A DNA stretch of 64,000 nucleotides from an uncultured Methanosarcinales archaeon (GTDB lineage: Archaea; Nanobdellota; Nanobdellia; Woesearchaeales; ARS49): contig CAZWVL010000002.1 in assembly GCA_964637115.1 (NCBI GenBank), forward strand, positions 96,114-160,113, written 5' to 3'. Positions 56,979 through 64,000 of the stretch are shown in pieces; position 1 is the stretch's first letter, and each line of letters begins with the position of its first letter. Under the pieces are notes generated by a model. The model made no database searches. It was not told the DNA's origin and saw only the letters and a list, made by a program, of their open reading frames with translations. Both the position numbers and the translations under genes were made by a program.

Positions 56979-57128
56979 ATGGAATCAAAAACTCGTGGCT
57001 GGGTAAACATCATCGGTGCCTTAGTGGCAGGATGGTTAGCCTGGACTGGACAAGACAAGTGGAGCTTGTTAATACTTGCGCTGCTGTTCCTGATTGCAGG
57101 ATGGCACCACACATCAAGAGGCAAGTAA
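56979..57128 (+). CDS. Small 2-TM protein (49 aa)
   Basis: Not in the track. GAGGTGA RBS; MESKTRGWVNIIGALVAGWLAWTGQDKWSLLILALLFLIAGWHHTSRGK; followed by a T tract. Confidence 0.75.
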   Translation: MESKTRGWVNIIGALVAGWLAWTGQDKWSLLILALLFLIAGWHHTSRGK

Positions 57129-57200
57129 GCTCTTAAATTCATTTTTTTATTTTTTATTCTGGAAAGCTTTATAAGATTAGTCTAGACTTTTTCTTCTAAT

Positions 57201-57285
57201 GCCGTGGTGGGACAACCTGGTTACTCCGCAGCCTTGGAAAGGCTGTTTCCGCAAGGATATCCCGGTTCAAATCCGGGCCACGGCG
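57201..57285 (+). tRNA. tRNA-Ser(GGA)
   Basis: GCCGTGG/CCACGGC, CAGCC-TTGGAAA-GGCTG, long variable arm, G73. Confidence 0.93.
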
Positions 57286-57673
57286 TTTTTCAGGATTTAG
57301 ACCGGCAATCGAAAAGGAGCTGTTTGCCGGCTGTTCAGGTAGGAAAAAAGCTTTTTTTGAGCTTGTTTTTTTCGTCATTTTTTTCTCAAAATTTTTGCCA
57401 ATCGCGTTTTTGCATTGTTTTTGCCGGAATAGCGCTTTTCAGCACCATTCTGGCAATTTCGGAAAGCAAGTTGTGAGCGAAATTCATAAATTTATCCTTG
57501 CAAAACAGGATTTGAACCGGCATAACTTTCATTTATAAATAAAATGAAAGTGAAATTCTTTTCAGGATTTGTTCCCGTTTCTCAAAATTTTTTACAAAAA
57601 ATTAAGCTTGGAAAGAACAGTAAAAGTTGGACCTGTAGAATACCCTTCAACAAACTAGCTCTTTTTCGCTTAC

Positions 57674-58741
57674 TCATATATAGAGACTTGGTCTCGGATC
57701 ATATTCACAGCCAAGTGCTTCCTCGAGGTATTGGCTGAGTTGTGTGCACCAGCGTGCGAATTCTTCTTCTTTTGGTTCGTGCCATGTTGTAAATTGTTCC
57801 AAGAGGTATTGGTTGACTCGATCGTTTGCTGTATAAGATCCATATTTTTTTATCGGCTGATCGCCCACGAGGAAACCAAGGTACGTACTATGAACATCCA
57901 CCCACATTTCTTTTGTAGTCTTTTGCAGAGGCCATCGATAAAGCCCTTCACGTTTGAAGGTTGCAAATATCATGTCGCGCTCCGAAGCACTCAATTCTTT
58001 TACACGTATAATGATGTTACCGACGTCACCGTGTGCTGATCTAAAAGAAACAAGGGAAAGTCCTTTCTCCATGAAAAAAACGCGGAACTTATCCCACTTC
58101 TCATTCGCGAATGAGATTGCTGCTGGGGAGCCTACAAAAGAGTATATGATTGGTGCCATTCCTTGAACTTGGCGTTCCAGCCCCTGGTATTCCTTGAAAG
58201 ATCTATACGCATTAACATATCTCGCGCATTCTGCTTGCATATCAGCAGGCAAGGACGTGCACATTCGTGCAAGCTCTTCTTCGCTTGGCTCGTGCCAGTT
58301 TTTAAACTCTTCAAGAAGATACTTGTTTATTCGACCAATTTCTTTTTGGTCTGCAGGATATATACTTACAGTACGTCTTCGCTCGCCAACTCGAAGATCA
58401 ATACTTGCACTTGAGGCATCTCTCACACCTTCCTTTTTATTCTTCCATTTGTGAATACCTTCGTCCTCTAGTGTTGCAAAAATCTCGTCGCGCTCCGATG
58501 CAGATAATTCTTTGATGCGCAAGGTGACAGCACCCGATCCCACAAATACGACAAAGGACATACCCTTTCCAACCAGAAATAGTTCAAAATTGTTGTAGTC
58601 GTTATCGTTGAACATGATACTTGTCATTTGGTGTCCGAAATCATAGTTGAGAAAAGTTTGTTCTGGCTCTGTTGTCAAACGCGGGGCGCAAGCAGCGAGA
58701 AGCGCAAGAAAAATTAAGATTATAATGTGGCGCCGGTTCAT
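57674..58741 (-). CDS. Lipoprotein with internal tandem duplication
   Basis: LAAC lipobox; KELSASERD and YLLExF.xWHEP each occur twice. Confidence 0.75.
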   Translation of the reverse strand: MNRRHIIILIFLALLAACAPRLTTEPEQTFLNYDFGHQMTSIMFNDNDYNNFELFLVGKGMSFVVFVGSGAVTLRIKELSASERDEIFATLEDEGIHKWKNKKEGVRDASSASIDLRVGERRRTVSIYPADQKEIGRINKYLLEEFKNWHEPSEEELARMCTSLPADMQAECARYVNAYRSFKEYQGLERQVQGMAPIIYSFVGSPAAISFANEKWDKFRVFFMEKGLSLVSFRSAHGDVGNIIIRVKELSASERDMIFATFKREGLYRWPLQKTTKEMWVDVHSTYLGFLVGDQPIKKYGSYTANDRVNQYLLEQFTTWHEPKEEEFARWCTQLSQYLEEALGCEYDPRPSLYI

Positions 58742-58906
58742 GTCTTATGAAAAGGCACCTATTTTATTTAAAAGTTCTTATTTGACAAGATAACTTCCTT
58801 CGCCTTTTCTTAGGGTGTTTGCCCACTTTTTGAGATATGTAATGAAAATGTCATGCACGGCTCATCCAGAAAGATTAAAAAGCCAGAACAGTAAACACAA
58901 CGGCGT

Positions 58907-59905
58907 ATGAAAAAGCTGCTGATATTGTTGATGTTTTTAGTTAGTTGTGCATCTCCTTCCAATGTAGAAGTTCTTGTTGAAAACCTTCAAGTTCCATGGG
59001 CAGTAGCGTTCATTAATGACGATTTTCTTTTTACAGAAAGAAATACGGGCACGGTATACCATTATGAAAATGGCCAAACAAGAGCCATCGGCACAATGCC
59101 TATTGCTCAAACAAGCGAAAGCGGACTTTTGGGCATTGCAGTAGACCCAAAATTTGAGAAGAACAAATACGTGTACGTCTATTACACTTATGGTGGCAAG
59201 GAATCGCACCTCAACAGAGTATCAAGGTTCAAGTATGATGAAATGCTGAAAGATGAAACAATACTCATTGACGCGATTCCCGGAGCAAAATACCATGATG
59301 GTGGCAGGTTGGAGTTTGGACCAGATGACAAATTATACGTGACAACAGGAGACGCACTCGAACCATCATCTGCACAAGACCTCAGCTCAACAGCAGGAAA
59401 GATATTGCGCATTAATACAGATGGAAGTATTCCAAAAGATAATCCGTTCCCAGGCTCCCCAGTCTATTCTTACGGTCACAGAAACCCTCAAGGACTTGCG
59501 TGGTATAATGGTATGATGATTGCTCCAGAGCACGGGTCAAGCCAGAACGATGAGATAAACATAATTGTTCCAGGAAACAACTACGGCTGGCCGATAGCGC
59601 AGTGCACTGCACATGAAGGATATATTGCGCCAATCCGCTGCTTTTCAGACTGGACGCTGGCGCCAGGAGGAGCAACCTTTGACAGCAATGGCAATCTATA
59701 CGTAGCAGGACTGAGAGGAGCGCAGATACGAAAATTTACGATGAAAGAAGGCCAGATTGTTGCTGAGGAAGTGTTCCTTGACAATTTAGGACGCCTGAGA
59801 GAAGTCAAGCATCATGACGGCTATCTGTACATCACCACATCAAACCAAGACGGCAGAGGAGCGCCAAGACTTGGAGATGACAAAATATTCAGAATACGCG
59901 TATGA
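58907..59905 (+). CDS. PQQ-dependent aldose sugar dehydrogenase-like lipoprotein
   Basis: LVSC lipobox; GLLGIAVDP, HDGGRLEFGPD, YSYGHRNPQG, NYGWP. Confidence 0.9.
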   Translation: MKKLLILLMFLVSCASPSNVEVLVENLQVPWAVAFINDDFLFTERNTGTVYHYENGQTRAIGTMPIAQTSESGLLGIAVDPKFEKNKYVYVYYTYGGKESHLNRVSRFKYDEMLKDETILIDAIPGAKYHDGGRLEFGPDDKLYVTTGDALEPSSAQDLSSTAGKILRINTDGSIPKDNPFPGSPVYSYGHRNPQGLAWYNGMMIAPEHGSSQNDEINIIVPGNNYGWPIAQCTAHEGYIAPIRCFSDWTLAPGGATFDSNGNLYVAGLRGAQIRKFTMKEGQIVAEEVFLDNLGRLREVKHHDGYLYITTSNQDGRGAPRLGDDKIFRIRV

Positions 59906-60450
59906 ATGAGTTAAGAAAATTATCAAACCAGCTCACGCTGCTTAGAATCGTGCTCGTTCCTGTTCTATGGGTGCTGGCAGCGCTCAAAATGAACACTGCC
60001 TTTGCAATTTTTCTCTTTACGGCAGGCTTGACAGACGCGCTTGATGGAATTGCTGCAAGGATGCTAAAGCAAAAATCTGACTTTGGAGTCTGGTTTGACT
60101 CATTTGCTGACAATCTTATAGCCGCATCTGCAGCATTCTGGACTTGGTTGCTTCTTCCAGATTTTGTTTATCAGAATCTTGCTATCATCAGCATCCTTGT
60201 TGTATTATTTGTACTAAGCCTTGGCCTGGGCTTTATCAAATATGGAAGAATGGTAGACTATCATATGTATGCAGGCAAAACGTCTGCTATTTTCCTATAC
60301 GTTTTTGTCGTGCATTCCCTGCTGTTTACACCAAATCAGATCTTTTTGTATATTACGGCAGCGGTAATTGCGATAGGGCTTCTTGAAGAAATACTTGTGA
60401 CACTTGTGAACAAATCATTCCAAAAGAACAAAAAGTCAATATTTTTCTAG
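59902..60450 (+). CDS. CDP-alcohol phosphatidyltransferase (PgsA-like)
   Basis: NQLTLLR, TDALDGIAAR...SDFG..FD..AD. Confidence 0.9.
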   Translation: MNELRKLSNQLTLLRIVLVPVLWVLAALKMNTAFAIFLFTAGLTDALDGIAARMLKQKSDFGVWFDSFADNLIAASAAFWTWLLLPDFVYQNLAIISILVVLFVLSLGLGFIKYGRMVDYHMYAGKTSAIFLYVFVVHSLLFTPNQIFLYITAAVIAIGLLEEILVTLVNKSFQKNKKSIFF

Positions 60451-60488
60451 CACAAGGTTTATAAAAAGCCGTACATACGAAATTCTGT

Positions 60489-61847
60489 ATGCAAAAGAGG
60501 TATGATGTAATAGTAATAGGTGCAGGTTCAGGACTCGAGATTTCTTCGTATGCAGCTGAGCAAGAAATGAGCGTTGCAGTCGTAGAACAAGGACCATTTG
60601 GAGGCACTTGTTTGAACAGGGGCTGCATACCATCAAAAATGCTCATTTACAGCGCAGATGTCGCTGAAACAATACAACGCGCAAACCTGTTTGGAATTAG
60701 CGCAAAAATAACAAGCATTGACTGGAAAAAAATGGTCAATAGAGTCAGCACTTTTGTGGACAAAGACGCATGGCAAATAGAACAAGGAAACAGAAAAACA
60801 AAGAATGTTACGGTTTACAAAACACAAGCGAAATTTGTAGGCAAAAAAACACTTGAAGTAGGCAAGGACACCATAACTGCAGACAAAATATTCATTTGCG
60901 CAGGAGCGCGGCCAAGCATACCGCCAATACCAGGACTGCAGGATGTTGACTATATAACTTCGGATGAAGCATTAAGACTCAAGAAGCAGCCGAAGAAGAT
61001 GATAATAATTGGCGGCGGCTATATTGCAGCAGAACTCGCGCACTTTTTTGGTTCACTGGGAACTGATGTTACCATATTACAGCGCGGCAACCTGCTCATG
61101 AACAATGAAGACAGCGAAATCGCACAAAAATTCACTGAAATATATCAGAAGAAGTTCAATGTCATTCTGAACGCGAATACTTTGCGCGTATCAAAAAAAG
61201 GAAAAAATGTTGCAGTAGAGATAGATGTCCAAGGAAAAAGAAAAACGCTTGTTGGAGATACGCTGCTTGTTGCAACAGGAAGAATGCCAAATACAGACAT
61301 CTTGAATGTCAAGGCAACAGGAGTAGAGGTAAACGAACGCGGATTTGTAAAAGTCAATGAATACCTGGAAACCTCAGTGCCGGGCATTTGGGCAATAGGA
61401 GACATAGCAGGAATATACATGTTCAAACACAGCGCCAGCTTAGAAGCAGAATACGCCATCAAGAACGCATTTGGCCAAAAAGAAGTAGTTGATTATGCGG
61501 CAATGCCGCACGCAGCCTTCTCATCACCGCAAGTTGCGGCAGTAGGAAAGACAGAAGATGAATTGAAAATGCAAAAGATACCATATGTAAAGGCAATTTA
61601 CAAGTATAAGGGCACGGGGTATGGAATAGCAATAGATGATAATGACGGATTCGTTAAGTTACTCGCGCATCCTTACACAAAAGAGATACTTGGATGCCAT
61701 ATACTTGGAACAGATGCAAGCATCCTGATACACGAAGTAATTGTAGCAATGAAAGCAAAACTAGGTGTAAAGGGAATTACAAACGCAGTACACATACACC
61801 CGGCATTGTCAGAAGTCGTGCAAAGAGCATTCAAAAAGATTCCTTAA
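60489..61847 (+). CDS. Flavoprotein disulfide reductase (Lpd/mycothione-reductase-like)
   Basis: GAGSG, GGTCLNRGCIPSK, GGGYIAAE, HIHPALSE. Confidence 0.9.
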   Translation: MQKRYDVIVIGAGSGLEISSYAAEQEMSVAVVEQGPFGGTCLNRGCIPSKMLIYSADVAETIQRANLFGISAKITSIDWKKMVNRVSTFVDKDAWQIEQGNRKTKNVTVYKTQAKFVGKKTLEVGKDTITADKIFICAGARPSIPPIPGLQDVDYITSDEALRLKKQPKKMIIIGGGYIAAELAHFFGSLGTDVTILQRGNLLMNNEDSEIAQKFTEIYQKKFNVILNANTLRVSKKGKNVAVEIDVQGKRKTLVGDTLLVATGRMPNTDILNVKATGVEVNERGFVKVNEYLETSVPGIWAIGDIAGIYMFKHSASLEAEYAIKNAFGQKEVVDYAAMPHAAFSSPQVAAVGKTEDELKMQKIPYVKAIYKYKGTGYGIAIDDNDGFVKLLAHPYTKEILGCHILGTDASILIHEVIVAMKAKLGVKGITNAVHIHPALSEVVQRAFKKIP

Positions 61848-62382
61848 GATATTCTTTTGCTTTCAGGATAATCAAACAAGTAAATGACTCATTAATAGAG
61901 CCGTCCATCACTTTCTTGACTGCTTCCTTAAACTTCATCTTTACCGGCTTGATAATTTCAGTGCCTTCCCGGTGATGGTTATGAAAAGAAAGCTTTCTTG
62001 CCAGATACAAGTCCTGCGGAGAATCAATCAAAGGAGACATAGGGTCAACTGTGCCAAGATGAATCCATTCCTTTGCTTCAATGCCCAGTTCTTCGTGCAA
62101 TTCACGCTTTGCGGTTTCCAAAGGATTTTCATTTTGTTCCCTGCCGCCGCAAGCAGCCAAAATAGTGGGCTTGTTCATAGCATAATAGAACTCCTCAATC
62201 AAGTGCGCATTGCCATCATCATCAATCGGAAGAATGCTCACGCCTCCTTTAAATTTCACATAGCCAAATATGCCAGGCTTTCCATCAGGGCGAATAACAT
62301 CATCATGAAACACCTCAGTCCAAGGGTTCTTGTAAACGGAAGTGTGCTTTTGGACAGTCCACGGACCACGTTTTTCTGGCAT
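61831..62382 (-). CDS. NUDIX hydrolase (ADP-ribose pyrophosphatase-like)
   Basis: GGREQNENPLETAKRELHEELG Nudix box. Confidence 0.88.
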   Translation of the reverse strand: MPEKRGPWTVQKHTSVYKNPWTEVFHDDVIRPDGKPGIFGYVKFKGGVSILPIDDDGNAHLIEEFYYAMNKPTILAACGGREQNENPLETAKRELHEELGIEAKEWIHLGTVDPMSPLIDSPQDLYLARKLSFHNHHREGTEIIKPVKMKFKEAVKKVMDGSINESFTCLIILKAKEYLKESF

Positions 62383-62503
62383 TGCCAGGGCAGTGTCAGA
62401 ACGATATTTAATGGTTTTGAAGAGTAAGCTTTTTAAACTACCTTTGCATCAATAGACGAAACAAAGGGTATATCCCTTAGTAAAAAACAAAGAGGTGAAT
62501 TCC

Positions 62504-62815
62504 ATGGGAATGGAAAATTTCGGTAGAATAGCATTCTATGTCGGCTTGGTTATTTCAATCGTAGCCGGCTGGGTTCAAGTGCAGGCATGGTGGCTGGCAG
62601 TACTAGGTCTTATTGTAGGACTGCTAAACGTCACAATAAAGGAAAACAACAGATTCCTGCTTGCAACCTTGGTATTGGTAACAGCAGGTATTGCGCTCGG
62701 AACAGTCTTCGGCGTAGTAGTTGAAAGAATCTTGATGGCATACATTGCCTTCACAGCAGCTGCAGCATTCATCGTAGCGCTGAAAGAAGTCTATTCAATA
62801 CAAAAGGGCAAGTAA
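62504..62815 (+). CDS. Small multi-TM membrane protein
   Basis: GAGGTGA RBS; hydrophobic with GLLNVT.KE motif. Confidence 0.75.
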   Translation: MGMENFGRIAFYVGLVISIVAGWVQVQAWWLAVLGLIVGLLNVTIKENNRFLLATLVLVTAGIALGTVFGVVVERILMAYIAFTAAAAFIVALKEVYSIQKGK

Positions 62816-62875
62816 TTGCCTTTATTTTTTTATTTTTTGTAAATTCTTATATAGTAGTTCGAGTTCTTTATCGTC

Positions 62876-63244
62876 ATGAGATGGGTGGTATTAACGCTAT
62901 TAATATTGGCAGCCTGCGCGCAAGCGCCTGAGCCTGTGTTTGCACCGCCAACAAAAGTCACAATGGCTGTATGCGAGGCAACACAGACAGTGGGAGAAAG
63001 GTGCAGCCAGACCTGCGAATGCTTAAGGCCTGCAGAATGCATTAACAAAATATGTTCTTTAGTTGGCCAGCAGGAAGGCGCGCCGTGCGTTGAAAACAAA
63101 CAATGCCTATCAGGATATTGCACTGAAAGCGGCCAATGCGGCGGACCTGATGGGCCAAAGGCAAGCTTTGACTGCGAGAAAACCTGCAGGGACAGGTACA
63201 CAGGCGCGCCTGGCGAATGCTATACAGTCTGCAAGTATAGATAG
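62876..63244 (+). CDS. Cys-rich lipoprotein (14 Cys after the lipobox)
   Basis: LAAC lipobox; repeated G..C-x-C-x-C-x-C units. Confidence 0.75.
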   Translation: MRWVVLTLLILAACAQAPEPVFAPPTKVTMAVCEATQTVGERCSQTCECLRPAECINKICSLVGQQEGAPCVENKQCLSGYCTESGQCGGPDGPKASFDCEKTCRDRYTGAPGECYTVCKYR

Positions 63245-63793
63245 CTGTAAAGTAAACGCTACCTCGCGTTCAGATATCTTTATGAACTTTACTTGCACGT
63301 TTACGTGCAGAACTCATTGAGAACAATGATGAACAAAATGCATCCTAAGCTGACTGGAACGGAACCGGAGCCCAAAGTACCAACGGATCTTCGCAAAGCC
63401 CTTGCGACTGCTTCGAAGTCGAAGGCTCAATGGAGCGATCTCACGCCGATCGCGCGCAGGGACTTCATTGGTTGGATAGATTCAGCCAAACAACCGGAGA
63501 CACGTAGGCGCCGCATCGAGAGAGTCTGCGATATGCTTGCGGCTGGAAAGCGACGCCCCTGCTGTTATGCAGTTGTACCCATGGATCTTTACAAAACCCT
63601 CGGGGCTACCCCTAAGGCGAAGGCTCAATGGAGCGATCTCACGCCAATCGAGCGTAGAAACTTTATTAGCTGGATAGATTCAGCCAAACAACCGGAGACA
63701 CGTAGGCGTCGCATCGAGAGAGCCTGCGATATGCTTGCGGCTGGAAAGCGACGCCCCCTGATGTTTTTCAATCAGCTCAAAGTATAGATAGCT
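63233..63793 (+). repeat. 14-bp direct repeats flanking the YdeI-like gene
   Basis: AAGTATAGATAGCT at 63233-63246 and 63780-63793. Confidence 0.75.
63326..63787 (+). CDS. YdeI/OmpD-associated (bacteriocin-protection) family protein, two tandem domains
   Basis: VPxDL..AL...AKAQWSDLTP..RR.FI.WIDSAKQPETRRRRIER twice; DNA repeats 63421-63561 and 63619-63760. Confidence 0.88.
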   Translation: MMNKMHPKLTGTEPEPKVPTDLRKALATASKSKAQWSDLTPIARRDFIGWIDSAKQPETRRRRIERVCDMLAAGKRRPCCYAVVPMDLYKTLGATPKAKAQWSDLTPIERRNFISWIDSAKQPETRRRRIERACDMLAAGKRRPLMFFNQLKV

Positions 63794-63877
63794 TTTTAAA
63801 CGACTTATTTACCTCACATATTGCCCCCGCTGGTTGACTTTCATCAAGCAGTCAGCGACTTTGGGCCAGATTTCCCT

Positions 63878-63952
63878 GCCGGGATAGTATAGTCCGGTCA
63901 AGTATTCGGCCCTCTCGCGGCTGAGACACGGGTTCAAATCCCGTTCCCGGCA
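63878..63952 (+). tRNA. tRNA-Glu(CTC)
   Basis: GCCGGGA/TCCCGGC, CGGCC-CTCTCGC-GGCTG, GTTCAAATC. Confidence 0.92.
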
Positions 63953-64000
63953 TTAACCAAGATATAGACTTAGATCTTTATCTAAACTGTAAAGTTTATG

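Noticed and set aside
56849-57142. Track ORFs 56849-57136(+) and 56918-57142(-)
   Set aside because: A 49-aa gene in another plus frame (56979-57128) with a GAGGTGA RBS explains the region better
57291-57571. CRISPR array
   Set aside because: Only 2-3 degenerate short repeats with irregular spacing (215 and 57 nt) and no cas genes
61831-62382. NUDIX as part of the ART/NADAR module
   Set aside because: It lies 35 kb away and is a common housekeeping family; no linkage evidence
62464-62478. AAGGG-TATAT-CCCTT palindrome near a divergent promoter
   Set aside because: Single occurrence with 5-bp arms; cannot be distinguished from chance
63233-63793. Integron gene cassette or IS element
   Set aside because: No recognisable attC (RYYYAAC...GTTRRRY), terminal inverted repeats, integrase or transposase

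Overview
This is a gene-dense chromosomal segment from a small-genome archaeon, most likely DPANN/Woesearchaeota-like. That placement is inferred from archaeal information genes (thermosome, Spt5, SecE, uL11, Rpp21, Elp3, archaeal GluRS) occurring with bacterial-type fermentative and lipid enzymes (class I GAPDH, PGK, D-LDH-like, AcdAB, PlsC-like, Lgt, PgsA-like). I find about 85 CDS, five of them missing from the ORF track, and five tRNAs (Ala-CGC, Ala-GGC, Met/Ile2-CAT, Ser-GGA, Glu-CTC). I see no rRNA, CRISPR array, integrase or transposase. Best candidate for an undescribed system: a ~9 kb locus (28.8-37.7 kb). A BlaI-like repressor and a BlaR/M48-like membrane peptidase are divergent from 13 co-directional genes for exported Cys/His/Met-rich proteins, CcdA, thioredoxin-fold proteins, DUF2933 and DUF1264. 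The locus has a recurring TT(A/T)C(A/G)-N5-TGTAA operator-like box and two repeated peptide motifs I cannot name (MDxNxDGxCDxCGM and C-terminal LPxMVGGC). Other leads are a convergent ART-like/NADAR-like gene pair, Lgt with nine lipobox proteins, a mutually exclusive hairpin switch over the gap start codon, a promoter-bearing duplicated tRNA-Ala 5' end that could fold as a tRNA-like RNA, and a GC-rich YdeI gene flanked by 14-bp direct repeats. All family names come from motif recognition by eye; no database search was run.
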